DNA from: Nitrospirota bacterium
Lineage (GTDB): Bacteria > Nitrospirota > UBA9217
Direction: 5' to 3'
NCBI GenBank assembly: GCA_963751455.1
Contig: CAVVUN010000002.1
Span: 128,001-192,000, forward strand
Length of the DNA: 64,000 bases
Positions 1-10,144 of this stretch are shown one piece after another (position 1 is the stretch's first letter; every line of letters begins with the position of its first letter). The translations under genes and the position numbers were made by a program. A model generated the notes under the pieces. That model was given only the letters and a program-made list of their open reading frames with translations, ran no database searches and was not told the origin of the DNA.

Positions 1-250
1 GTTCATGCTGGCATTTGTCGAGGCTTGCTTCGTTCAACGAATAGAAAATATGATATCCTTTCCTCTCATCCATAACCAGGCCAGCCTGTTTTAATACACG
101 GAGATGTTGCGAAACGGCGGATTGGGTGATCCCCAGTGCCTCGGCCATTATATTAACAGACAAGGGACCTGCCTTGAGTAGTTCTATAATTTTTATTCTG
201 GTTTCTACTGAGAAAACCTTAAATGCTTCCGCTTCAATTTTCACATTCAC
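1..250 (-). CDS. ArsR/SmtB family transcriptional regulator (3' end runs off the window)
   Basis: Manual translation from GTG at 250/244: KIEAEAFKVFSVETRIKIIELLKAGPLSVNIMAEALGITQSAVSQHLRVLKQAGLVMDERKGYHIFYSLN, a typical ArsR HTH; absent from the ORF track. Confidence 0.9.
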   Translation of the reverse strand, partial: MNVKIEAEAFKVFSVETRIKIIELLKAGPLSVNIMAEALGITQSAVSQHLRVLKQAGLVMDERKGYHIFYSLNEASLDKCQHE

Positions 251-257
251 ACCTTAA

Positions 258-283
258 AGTATATTAGTTATTACTTATATACT
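258..283. promoter_or_regulatory. Imperfect palindrome, probable ArsR operator overlapping the arsR promoter
   Basis: agtatattagttattacttatatact is nearly self-complementary; minus-strand TTGACT near 297-302. Confidence 0.55.
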
Positions 284-644
284 GTGAGTTATATAAAGTC
301 AAGTGGTTTTTTCAAGCACGTAACGCACATAAGACTATTATGTATCAATAATGTTTTTCAAAAAATTACGAGGCGTTTTTTTCGGGCAGGCCAATGGAAT
401 ACAAAAAGGCGTTGACTGCGCAAATGTATCCGTGTTTCGCTTCCTTCGAGTTCGCCAGCACACCTTCTCCATAGGCTGCCGAGATTCCGCGAGGAGAAGT
501 GGCATCCATCTCCGCGGTTTCCAGGTTACACCATTTGTCGGCTCAAGTAGAGGTTACCCTCCTAAGTATTCATTGACTTTTACATAAAAGGAATATTAAC
601 ATTCCAGCAGGCATCCTGTGCACCCAGGGCTAAAGGAGGCAATC

Positions 645-899
645 ATGAAAAAGCGGACAATTACGATGTACATGAACGACCCGATGGGCAAGTGGTGAAT
701 TTCGCTGATGGAGTCCGCCGGTCGGGCGGAGAAGGAGTTGGGCGCTGAAGTCGTTGTGATCAAGAAGACGTCCCCGGAATACGCATCGGAAAAGGACGCA
801 CCTCCCTGTCCATCGGTAAAGATTGATGATTCTTTTGTTGTTAAGAGGGGCTTGGTCACCTATGATCAGCTTAAGGCCGCTGTATTAAAAGAGGACTAG
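645..899 (+). CDS. Small thioredoxin-like selenoprotein (N[DE]PxGxxU motif, TsoC-like), UGA at 696-698
   Basis: AAGGAGG RBS, ATG 645, MKKRTITMYMNDPMGKW-UGA-ISL in frame with ORF 708..899; hairpin tccgcc-ggtcg-ggcgga follows the UGA; PPCPSV motif downstream. Confidence 0.8.
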
Positions 900-931
900 C
901 AACCAGCTGAAAAACTCGAGAGCGTCATAGA

Positions 932-1025
932 GTGTCATTAAGAGGAGCTATCGTTGTGACGTGGCGATCTCGATTTTTGAAGTCGTTATGTAACTGCAGA
1001 TTGCTTCCTTCGCTCGCAAAGACGG
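932..1025. repeat. REP-type inverted repeat pair (gtcatt...gcgatctc / cagattgcttc...cgcaaagac)
   Basis: Degenerate palindromic pair that accounts for the spurious N-terminal extension of ORF 932..1711. Confidence 0.55.
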
Positions 1026-1063
1026 CTCAAAAAAGTTTACACGTGTTTCATGAGGCAAATCGG

Positions 1064-1711
1064 ATGAACTTTAAAAAACTCAATATGCACGAATTAAACG
1101 TTCTGAATCAGAAGCGGTACGCAATCACTGCCTGGTTTTACGATATCCTGGACTACCCCTGGGAGCTTCAATACCGGAAATGGAGACCCGAGCTTCTGGG
1201 GGATTTGAGCGGAAAAGTGCTGGAAGCGGGGGTCGGGACCGGGCGAAACCTGGAATACTACCGCCCCGGAGTGAACTTGACCGCAATCGATTTCAGCCCC
1301 GCCATGCTGAAGAAGGCAGCGAAACGCTGCGCGAAAACATCCTGTAAGGTTGAGTTCGTGCATGAAGATGCCACGCATATGGAATCAATCCCTTCAGCGA
1401 GCTATGATTGGGTAGTGGCTTTTTTTCTTTGCTGCGTCCTTCCCAATGAGCTGCAGGATGAGGCGGTCTCGGAGTTCGCGCGCGTGCTGAAGCCGGGCGG
1501 CAGATTCCGGCTTCTGGAAATGAAATATTCCAAGGACCCCGTCCTGAGAAAGCGTCAGGATTTTTTTGCGCCGTTTGTCGCAAAGGTGTACGGCGCCGGG
1601 TTTGACCGGGAAACATTGAGACATATTCAATATAATAAGAAACTTAAGGTGACAGGAACCCGCTATCTGAAACACGACACGTATCTGTTGATCGATGGTA
1701 TCCGGGAGTAA
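1064..1711 (+). CDS. Class I SAM-dependent methyltransferase
   Basis: VLEAGVGTG motif I, IDFS, RVLKPGG; likely start ATG 1064. Confidence 0.9.
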   Translation: MNFKKLNMHELNVLNQKRYAITAWFYDILDYPWELQYRKWRPELLGDLSGKVLEAGVGTGRNLEYYRPGVNLTAIDFSPAMLKKAAKRCAKTSCKVEFVHEDATHMESIPSASYDWVVAFFLCCVLPNELQDEAVSEFARVLKPGGRFRLLEMKYSKDPVLRKRQDFFAPFVAKVYGAGFDRETLRHIQYNKKLKVTGTRYLKHDTYLLIDGIRE

Positions 1712-1949
1712 TGAGCATAGTGCCTCGAAAAAAAGCCCCGATATGTGATATTTGAAACAGTCGCCCTCCCTCGATACGCAGAATTCCGTCTCAACTATCC
1801 GATTGACCTTTCGTGCAAAAAACAATAATATTCAAGTTGGCACCTGATAAACGAGCTTCATCGAAGCTTATGCCATCCGATGAGTTCGAATTACGCTGAG
1901 TATAGGCCCTCCGTTACTATTGAGGCTAATCCAAGAAAGGAGCAACTCC

Positions 1950-2997
1950 ATGGAAATAAAACTCACACACCTTTCAAGCTGCGCCGGTTGAGCCTCTAAA
2001 TTCAGCCCTGCTGATCTGTCCCAGGTCCTGGGACAATTACCGAAAATCATCGATCCCAATGTACTCGTCGGTTCCTCGAATGCCGATGATGCGGGTGTAT
2101 ACCGCATCACCGACGAAATTGCCATGGTCTTTACCGCCGACTTTTTTACGCCGATCGTCGACGACCCGTACTGGTTCGGCGCCATCGCCGCGGCGAACTC
2201 GCTCTCGGATGTTTATGCCATGGGCGGCAAGGCCCTGGTTGCCTTGAACATCGCGGCACTGCCCGGCACGCCTGATTTTGCGGAGATCAACAAGCGGATC
2301 ATGCAGGGCGGCATCGATAAAATGAATGAGGCCGGAGTGGCGATCATCGGCGGACATACCATCAAGGACAAGGAGCCGAAATTCGGATTTGCCGTTCTCG
2401 GCTCTATCCATCCCGGTAAAATACTCGATAATACCAAGGCGAAACCGGGTGATGCGCTGATTATCACGAAGCCCATCGGGACAGGGATCATTGCAACCGG
2501 AATCAAAGCCGGAAAATGCAGCCGTCGAAACAGCTGACCTCTTCACGAAGTCCATGGCAACCCTCAATAAACGGGCAAGCGAGATTATGCTCGAGGCAGG
2601 CGTGAACACGGCCACGGACATTACCGGGTTCGGCCTGATCGGTCATCTGAGCGAAGTTCTTATAGCGAGCAGGTGCAGCGCGCGGCTGTACGCAAGCAGT
2701 GTCCCGTTTTTCAAGGAAGCGATAACGCTCGCGGACATGGGCATGGTTCCGGGCGGTACACGGGCCAACCTGAAGAACTATGAATCGATCGTGGAATGGG
2801 CATCAGGTGTTTCAAATACCGAACGGTTTTTGATGAATGACGCTCAGACCTCGGGCGGGCTTCTTCTATTCGTTTCGAAGGGTAATAAAAAAAGGCTGGT
2901 GTCCGCGCTTCTTAAGGATAACATCATGGCCGCAGAAATAGGTGCACTGGTTGATACTGCTCCCATCGGGGATAAACGGATATTTGTGGAGAAATGA
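1950..2997 (+). CDS. selD: Selenide, water dikinase SelD, Sec-containing (UGA 1989-1991), with a frameshift near 2515-2535
   Basis: MEIKLTHLSSCAG-UGA-ASK...DDAGVY...TADFFTPIVDDPY...ANSLSDVYAMGG...GGHT...TDITGFGLIGH...DAQTSGGLL; SECIS-like tgtcccaggtcctgggaca. Confidence 0.95.
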
Positions 2998-3027
2998 AGA
3001 GACATTTTTACAATGGAGGATGAAAAT

Positions 3028-3108
3028 TCCTTCGCCCTTCCCTGAGCCTCCGGTCAACGGAGAGGTCACAGTCTGCCTCTCCGCAAGAGAGGGACGGGGA
3101 GAGGGGGG
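3028..3108. repeat. REP-like inverted pair (cccttccctgagcctcc... / ...gagagggacggggagagggg)
   Basis: Palindromic halves between selD and the exporter. Confidence 0.5.
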
Positions 3109-3120
3109 ATTTTCGAGGTT

Positions 3121-3900
3121 ATGGATATCCCTTTTGTGCTGTTTCTGGCTGCGATCGGCGGGTCTGTCGGATTTCTTTCAGGCCTGCTCGGCATAGGCGG
3201 AGGCATTGTCATGTTTCCGCTGCTGCTGTATGTACCGCCCCTCCTCGGCTGGAACAGCATTGACGTAAAGAGCATTACCGGTCTCACCATGGCCCAAGGC
3301 TTCTTCTCCGCCCTTACCGCGATGTTCTATTACAGCAAAAATGCGCTTGTCAACAAAGCACTCGTAGTAACGCTCGGCCTTTCCTTGTTTACTTCCTCGC
3401 TTGCCGGCTCGTTCTTTTCGAAGACTGTTCCGGACGGCCTCCTGCTCATGGTCTTCGGAACTTTGGCGCTCATCGCCGCGGTGATGATGCTCATACCGAG
3501 AAGTTATATGCGTGATGATCTGACCGAGGACAAGGTGTATTTTCATAAAGCGACCGCCATCGCTATCGGCCTCCTTCTGGGGTTCGCTATTGGCCTGGTC
3601 GGCCAGGGCGGCGCGTTCATCCTCATCCCGACGCTTCTCTATGTCTTGAAGATCCCGCTCAGGGTCGCGCTGGGAAGCACGCTGGCAATCGGGCTCTTTT
3701 CGTCGTCAGCCGGCCTGGTCGGCAAGGTGGCGACTCACCAGGTGCCGTTTCTCCTGGTCCTTCCGCTTCTGGCGGGCGCTGTTCCGGCTGCACGGTGGGG
3801 GAGCATGGTCGGGAAAAGAACTAATACCATTTTTTTGAAGTGGCTTCTCTCGGCGATCATCTTCGGGACGGCAATCAAAGTCTGGATCGATATTATATGA
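3121..3900 (+). CDS. TauE/SafE (TSUP) family exporter
   Basis: Two GLLGIGGG / GLVGQGG..P repeats, about 8 TM helices. Confidence 0.9.
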   Translation: MDIPFVLFLAAIGGSVGFLSGLLGIGGGIVMFPLLLYVPPLLGWNSIDVKSITGLTMAQGFFSALTAMFYYSKNALVNKALVVTLGLSLFTSSLAGSFFSKTVPDGLLLMVFGTLALIAAVMMLIPRSYMRDDLTEDKVYFHKATAIAIGLLLGFAIGLVGQGGAFILIPTLLYVLKIPLRVALGSTLAIGLFSSSAGLVGKVATHQVPFLLVLPLLAGAVPAARWGSMVGKRTNTIFLKWLLSAIIFGTAIKVWIDII

Positions 3901-3948
3901 AGTTATAAGCTTTCAGCTGAGTGCTGAAAGCTGACAACTGGTAATTTT

Positions 3949-4272
3949 TCAACTGACCCGTAGGCAGCAGCGAATGGCATCCAGTGCCCAAATGAGAAGC
4001 TCGTCGCTTTCATCAATGATCTCGTCAGGCACTTCATAATAATTTTTCAGCGTTTGCTTCATATTCGGACGGAAGGGCTTCATGCCCCGTTCCTGGTAAG
4101 AGGGCTGGGTGGAGGAGTCGGTCTTGAAGTAGAGCCGTCCGCCGTAGATAATCCCGAAGAAATCCGCGTCCCGGTAAAGCCCGTACCCGCCGAACATCGG
4201 CCTTGCATTCACATTGCCGAGTCCGCTCAACTGGTCCAGAATGAATTCCATGAAGCTTTCGTCTTTATGCAT
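3949..4272 (-). CDS. TfoX/Sxy N-terminal domain protein
   Basis: RPMFGGYGLY...LYFKTD...YYEVP. Confidence 0.9.
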   Translation of the reverse strand: MHKDESFMEFILDQLSGLGNVNARPMFGGYGLYRDADFFGIIYGGRLYFKTDSSTQPSYQERGMKPFRPNMKQTLKNYYEVPDEIIDESDELLIWALDAIRCCLRVS

Positions 4273-4464
4273 TTCAGGTCACCTCACGGATATCCGGTTA
4301 GATTTTATCACAATCACAACGCTGTTCATTCCATCATTAAATTAAATTCCGGATAAAAATTGGACGCAGGTCAACGCGGAAAAAGCGGATATGAAATCTC
4401 AGGATCTGAATCTGCGCTCCTTTGGCAATTTGCCATACGTTAATCCGCGCGGCGGGATGAGCGA

Positions 4465-5355
4465 CTAGCGGGCTTTAGAAGTTGACCCGATTACATTTAC
4501 AAAAGAATTCACAAGAGTGGAAGAATTATCGCTCCGCCAGACAACGGCAAGTTTAACCGTAGGCGGAGACCCTGACAACGGTATATACTGCACACCCGGC
4601 CGCCTGATATTTTTTATATAATCCGGAAGGAGGCAGGCTCCCAGTCCGGAAGCTACGAGACCTAAAACGGTTTGTACATTACCTGCCTCCTGCGTTATTT
4701 TGGGGCTGAACCCGGCAGAATGGCATAAACTGATAAAAGCATCCCGAACAACCGGTTCTGATGATCGTGTATTCGCTATGAAAGGTTCCTGAGCAAGTTC
4801 CCTGATATGCAGCGATTTGCGGCTCGAAAAAGGGTGTTTTTTGGGCAGAACCACCATCAAGGGCGCTCGCGTGAGCGGCTGCGAAGTAAGCAGGGAATCC
4901 TGAGCATCAGGATAGAGGAATCCAACGTCAATGCGCCTGGCATGAAGCGACTTGATCTGTTCCGCGGTATTAAGCTCCTGCAAAACAAGCTCCACATCCG
5001 GGAAGCGTTCACGGAATAACCGCAGTCCCTCAGGCAAAAAAGTATGGACCACTGACCCCACAAACCCTACGGTGAGACGTCCAGCCTGTCCGCGGTATAT
5101 CCTTCTGGCTGTTTCCGCAGCCTGTTCAACATGCAAAAGCAGGTGCTGGGCTTCTTTAAGAAAATAAACACCGGCATCCGTCATTTGTATGGTTTTACGC
5201 CTCGTCCTGTCAAAAAGCTTTACCCCAAGCTCCTCTTCCAGATTCATGATTTGCTGACTTAACGGCGGCTGGGCGATATGAAGCCTCTTGGCAGCCCTGC
5301 CAAAATGCAGTTCCTCGGCCACAGCGACAAAATATTTGAGGTGTCTAAGTTCCAT
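4465..5355 (-). CDS. LysR family transcriptional regulator
   Basis: MELRHLKYFVAVAEELHFGRAAKRLHIAQPPLSQQI. Confidence 0.95.
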   Translation of the reverse strand: MELRHLKYFVAVAEELHFGRAAKRLHIAQPPLSQQIMNLEEELGVKLFDRTRRKTIQMTDAGVYFLKEAQHLLLHVEQAAETARRIYRGQAGRLTVGFVGSVVHTFLPEGLRLFRERFPDVELVLQELNTAEQIKSLHARRIDVGFLYPDAQDSLLTSQPLTRAPLMVVLPKKHPFSSRKSLHIRELAQEPFIANTRSSEPVVRDAFISLCHSAGFSPKITQEAGNVQTVLGLVASGLGACLLPDYIKNIRRPGVQYIPLSGSPPTVKLAVVWRSDNSSTLVNSFVNVIGSTSKAR

Positions 5356-5550
5356 ATCTTTAAAGTATCGATTCGATACTATCAATATATTGGACGTATG
5401 TCAATTCAATAGGTAAAATATTTTCAGAGACAACGGAAGACTTGTGGCAGGCCGTAGTAGTAAGTTAATGCGAAGAGATGAGGGGAATCATGACGTGTTT
5501 CTAATCATCCTCTCGCGCCACTAAATCCTGCGGCCAGAAGGGAGGCAATT

Positions 5551-5742
5551 ATGAACAGGACCGTTGATAAATGGACAATGGATGCTGCAAAGTATTTTAA
5601 AGAGGAAGTACTCGACATTATGCCCGATATCCCCGGGGAGGAGCTCTCTGACATGGTAGGCGCGTACATCTATTATCAGCAGGCGGATGTCAGCAAGGAT
5701 GAAGCGCATGAGGTAGTTGAGGTGACCTGCAATAAGAATTAG
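5551..5742 (+). CDS. Small acidic hypothetical protein, divergent from LysR
   Basis: GGGAGG RBS and ATG; 63 aa. Confidence 0.55.
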   Translation: MNRTVDKWTMDAAKYFKEEVLDIMPDIPGEELSDMVGAYIYYQQADVSKDEAHEVVEVTCNKN

Positions 5743-5896
5743 CGGCGTCCCTGTCCAGTACGAAGAGAAACTCCTGAGCCTTCACTCAGTGGGGAGAGCA
5801 AATAGAGAAAGGCATTCCGGAAAAGCCGGGATTTTACATTGCAAACTGCAAGTTGAAAAATGTTATTTCTAAAAAAGGCAAGGAAGAGGGGAACAA

Positions 5897-6545
5897 TTAT
5901 CCCAGATTCGCTATCAGTTCTCGAACGGTGACGAACATATCACCGAGGATCGGGTGGACGAGGGGAGCGGGGCGCGACTGGTTCAGCTTCATGAGCGGGG
6001 CGTCGCTGTCTTTATTGAAGCAGAGGATTTCCGCGCGGGTGCCGAGGTAATCGATGTGCTGAGGTGCGCCGGAAATGCCGAGGGCGATAATGAGCTTCGG
6101 GTTGACGCGGACGCCGGTCTGGCCGATCTGGCTGTCGAGCGGCAAGAGCTTGAGATCCTGGGTGACCTTGCGGGTTGCGCCGAACATCGGCGTCAAGCCC
6201 ATTGTCTCCAGTTTTTTCTTGAACTCCTGCGCAAGCTCCAGGCCGGCCCTGTCTTTGACCCCGTACCCGAGATCGATGATGACTTCTGCCTGTGCAAGCG
6301 TAGGGGGCGTGATCGGGGGCAGCGGCATGACCCAGTCAGGGGAAACACTGAAATCGAGAATGCTTGCTTCGAATTCTTTGCTCTTGTCTGGCGCAGGGAA
6401 GTCCGCTTCCGGAGAAATCGTTACGAATGCTCTGCCGCTGTCGTAAGGATGTTCTCGGACCAGCTTGCCCTCGTATGCAGACAACGAAAAAATGAGTCTC
6501 GCCGAACCATCTTTTTTAATATCAGTAACCCCTGAACAAACGAGT
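5897..6545 (-). pseudogene. Electron transfer flavoprotein alpha (FixB-like) C-terminal remnant
   Basis: QIGQTGVRVNPKLIIALGISGAPQHI FAD motif; no N-terminus or start codon; the frame is cut by a MITE. Confidence 0.8.
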
Positions 6546-6709
6546 ACTCCGTAAACTTAGTCGTTAATGGTTCAACGCCGTCATTCCGGCACGTTTTAAG
6601 CCGGAATCCAGGGAAATTTCGATTCAAACCTCTGGACCCCGGCTAAAGTCATGCCGGGGTGACGGAAAATAGAGGCGCAATACACCATCAAGAACTACCT
6701 TTACAGGGT
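6546..6709. mobile_element. MITE with imperfect TIRs, a 6-bp target duplication (acgagt) and an internal REP pair
   Basis: actccgtaaacttagtcgttaatggt versus reverse complement accctgtaaaggtagttcttgatggt; acgagt at 6540-6545 and 6710-6715. Confidence 0.7.
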
Positions 6710-8191
6710 ACGAGTGTATGGGGGACCGATTGGCCAGGGAAGTCCGGCTGCATCGACATCCTGTCCATTTATCCTGACAACAATGCCCAGTTCCGCAGGT
6801 GTCCCTGTTTGCTTAAAGAAGTTCGTAATCCAACTCGCGAGTGTCGCAGGATTGATCAGGGATTTTATGATCGGCCCGGAGAGCCTTAGCGCCTTGACGG
6901 CGTGCAGCGTGTCGGAAGCGATTTCTTTTACCCCACGCACGGAAAGGATATGGCTTCGCAGGAATCTTCCGGTCTCGATGATCCCATGGGTTGAAAGGAA
7001 ATGAGCGCTTCCGCACGCGGCGTCAACGGTTCTTCCGAAGAGCACCCTGGACCTTCCGAAATATGATGGCCATCTCGATAGATAGTGCGCGTTTCTGCCG
7101 TATACGCTTTCCCCAAGCGGGCCGAGGTATTCCCGGGCCAGCTGTTTGGCTTCGAAAGAGCTTCCCCGCTTCAGAATGTTTTTGACTGCCCGTGCAAAAA
7201 AGAGTCCTGTTGCAGATGCTGGACCTGTAAAGTTCGGGAACGGGATATCCACGCCGAGCCCCGTCGATGCGCCGCCGACCGCGAGCCCGTCTTCGACAAG
7301 CACCGGCCGCTCGCGCCAGCCACCGCTCCTGATGATCTTTGTGCCGTAGGCCGAGAGGACCGCGCCCTCTGTCGCTTCCCTGATATAAGAAAGCTGCAGC
7401 ATCCATTCGAACAGGCTGTCGTGGCTGCCGCGATAATTATTCCTGATGTTCTCAAGGGGCGCGACGTAGCCCACGGAGAGGCTGTTGCTGTTGGTATAGA
7501 GAAATCCTCCGACATTCAGATGAGCGGTCCTGCCACCGATAGACGGGTTTCTCATGAGAAGTTCATAGGCCGCGCCCTCTCCGCGCTTCAGCCTGAACCG
7601 CTTTTCAATCTCTTCGGGTTTCAGCGAAAGCACGGCTTTCACACCCTGAAGGTAATGGGGCTCCGCGGTCTGCTCCAGCTTTTCGGACCGAACAAGGTGA
7701 GATGCATCGCCTTCTGCGATGAAGGTAACGTCGGAAAAAAGCGGTCCGCAACTTGTTTCCACGCCGGTGACCCTGCCCTCTTTTCTGATAAGCGCGGTGA
7801 CCGTTGTATCCGTAATGTGAACCGCGCCCTTTATGCGCGCGAGATGCGCAAAGTAAGGATCGTATATCGGCCTGAGCACTGTGTAGCAGTTTTTAAAGAG
7901 ACGAGCGTCGGTTACATCGACGCCGAGCAGGTCCAGCCCGTTATGCATGAGGGTTCCCCGCCTGACTACCCTGCTCTCAAACGGGGCCGCTTCCACGCTT
8001 TCCGGTCCGAAGCAATCGGGCTGCGCCAGATTCTCCGTGAAGTAAACACAGCCAGACCAGTTCTCGGCGCCCGCGTATACGCCCGCTTCAAGAAGAGCAA
8101 CCGAAATGCCGTTGCCCGCAAGCGCTCCGGCTGCTGCCACCCCTGCAGGTCCTGCACCGATTATTATGACATCGAATTTATAGTGCTTCAT
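6701..8191 (-). pseudogene. FixC/ETF-quinone oxidoreductase-like FAD oxidoreductase, probably 3'-truncated
   Basis: IIIGAGPAG Rossmann motif, IAEGD, GGFLYTN; its stop codon lies inside the MITE. Confidence 0.75.
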
Positions 8192-8511
8192 CAATGCTCC
8201 TTTTATGAACACAGCTTCACATCGATGATCTTTATGCGAGAAACGGCCGGAAAAAGCCTAGCCAAATTATATCAGATATGTTTCGGACCGAGCTGTTTTT
8301 CCCTGGATCGGGGTGAACAACGGGAAAAGGAGACTAAACGGAAGAGTATCGATTGGAGTCAATAAAAGTATTTGCCCTAAAACTGTAAAGGCAATTGATT
8401 TAAGAACCCGAATTGAAGGGGCTGCTTCATGATTTTCTTTGACAATGCTGCTCAGAAACTTTAAGATTTCCATGACGTGCTGACAATGCCCGCTTTTCCA
8501 GAAGGAATTCA

Positions 8512-9093
8512 ATGGAAGCATATCGTTATCAGCAGTTCGGGTATCTCATCATACCGGTTATAACAGGGATCGAGTTTTTTCGCTGCGCCCGATCAGACCG
8601 GAAAAAGACCGGGAACGAATCCGTATGGAGCGTTGTCATGGACCTGTGCGGTTACATCTTCCTGGGTCTCATTCCCGCCCTCTTTCTCTTTACCATCCTG
8701 AGCCTTGAATATCGGAGCTTCCCCCTTATCATGGAGCTGCTGCATCGTCTTGATCGCTATGGCGTCATGTTCTTTTTTCTCGGCTCCTGGTGGCAGGTCT
8801 TTCTTATAACCGCGCTGCGGGCGAGGCGGATGGCGGATGCAGGCGTAAAAGCAACGCTTCTTCCCGTGTGGGCTCCGTACCTGGTGCTCGGTATGTATAT
8901 TTCCGGGCTCATTCTCTGGGTAGCGCCTTTTAATCTCATGTGGGTCTCGGTTTTCTGGTTTCTTGCCACCTTCGCTTTATTTGCCGGTCTCGGACTTTCA
9001 GCCGGAAGAATATTCAAGATATTTCTCGTATTCGCCTTGGTCGTTCTGGCCGGGGAGAACATTTTTTTCATAATTCTTGACGCGATTGTTTAG
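8512..9093 (+). CDS. Hypothetical integral membrane protein
   Basis: AAGGA RBS, about 6 hydrophobic segments. Confidence 0.75.
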   Translation: MEAYRYQQFGYLIIPVITGIEFFRCARSDRKKTGNESVWSVVMDLCGYIFLGLIPALFLFTILSLEYRSFPLIMELLHRLDRYGVMFFFLGSWWQVFLITALRARRMADAGVKATLLPVWAPYLVLGMYISGLILWVAPFNLMWVSVFWFLATFALFAGLGLSAGRIFKIFLVFALVVLAGENIFFIILDAIV

Positions 9094-9116
9094 CAGGCTG
9101 TTGAAAAACGATTTTT

Positions 9117-9192
9117 CGCAGGCTAAAGCCTGCGGCTACCAAAACGTATCACATTGATAATCAACCAAGGTAGCCGCACCCTTTAGGGTGCG
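9117..9192. repeat. GTAG-type REP doublet
   Basis: cgcaggctaaagcctgcggctacc / ggtagccgcaccctttagggtgcg. Confidence 0.7.
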
Positions 9193-9261
9193 TTTATGCT
9201 GCGAGAGGGATTAGCTGTGCGTGGAATTATACTCAGGTAAATTGGACCAGGTAAGCCGGGG

Positions 9262-9294
9262 AAAAAGAAAAGCCGCGCTCAAATGAGCACGGCT
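9262..9294 (-). terminator. Intrinsic terminator after rpsU
   Basis: agccgtgctc-attt-gagcgcggct hairpin followed by a T-rich tract. Confidence 0.75.
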
Positions 9295-9321
9295 GTTTAG
9301 CAAACGGGAAAAACGCTTCTG

Positions 9322-9519
9322 TTATCTGGCCTGCCTGCTGTTGCGCAGGCTTTTCAGTTTTCGTTTCTTCGCTTCTATCCGCTTCCGTTTCTTCTTTATC
9401 GAAGGCTTTTCATAAAAACGGCGGTTCTTCAGTTCCCTGAACAGACCGTCCGTCTGCATTTTTCGCTTGAGGAGTCGTAAAGCTTTTTCAATATTGTTGT
9501 CGTCTACTCTTATCTCCAA
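9322..9519 (-). CDS. rpsU: 30S ribosomal protein S21
   Basis: IEKALRLLKRK...RRFYEKPSIKKKRK; TTG start overlaps the upstream gene. Confidence 0.95.
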   Translation of the reverse strand: MEIRVDDNNIEKALRLLKRKMQTDGLFRELKNRRFYEKPSIKKKRKRIEAKKRKLKSLRNSRQAR

Positions 9520-9866
9520 TTATTCCGACCTTTTCCGGCGCCGCGATCAAACCCCCGCTGGCCGCCCCTGCCGCCGCCTCCACCACCGCCGCCGGGTCTT
9601 CCGCCCCGTGCGCGTTCAGTCTGCGGCCGCGCCTCGCTTACATTTAATGCACGATCCATCACCGTAGTGCCGTTAAGATCCGCTATTGCCTTGTCGGCCT
9701 CTTCGTCCGATGCCATTTCAACAAAACCGAATCCTTTTGACCGCCCGGTAGCTGCGTCGGTTATAATTTTTGCTGACAGTACTTCTCCAATGGGTGAAAA
9801 TATTTCTTTGAGAGAATCTTCCGTCATCTGATACGACAAATTCCCTACATACAATTTCTTGGCCAT
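9510..9866 (-). CDS. RRM RNA-binding protein with a Gly/Arg-rich tail
   Basis: KLYVGNL (RNP2), KGFGFVEM (RNP1). Confidence 0.95.
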   Translation of the reverse strand: MAKKLYVGNLSYQMTEDSLKEIFSPIGEVLSAKIITDAATGRSKGFGFVEMASDEEADKAIADLNGTTVMDRALNVSEARPQTERARGGRPGGGGGGGGRGGQRGFDRGAGKGRNNWR

Positions 9867-10144
9867 TTTACTCCTCCTCGTGAGAATGCCCGATCTTTTT
9901 CAGAAATCACTTTAATAGGCGTTATGTGATTTTCTGCTGTATAAGTATGAAACTGCGTCGTTGTTGCTAAAAAAAATGGCTGCAAACTCTACTTTTGTAG
10001 TTTTTGCAGCCCGGCAATTAACAAAAACTCACGATCCACGCTCTGATTGTATGATTAAATAATACTCTGAATACGGCAAATGTCAACCTCTATTTCCCGT
10101 TTTTGGGTTCCTGTTTGACCTTGCAGCAAGAGAATCCTGGACAG

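Noticed and set aside
385-565. Known riboswitch or tRNA-Sec
   Set aside because: No recognisable consensus by eye; kept only as a weak finding
7085-8365. 426-aa plus-strand ORF and similar long antisense ORFs (e.g. 10643..11509, 14758..15804, 47693..48412)
   Set aside because: Shadow frames opposite well-supported genes; no motifs
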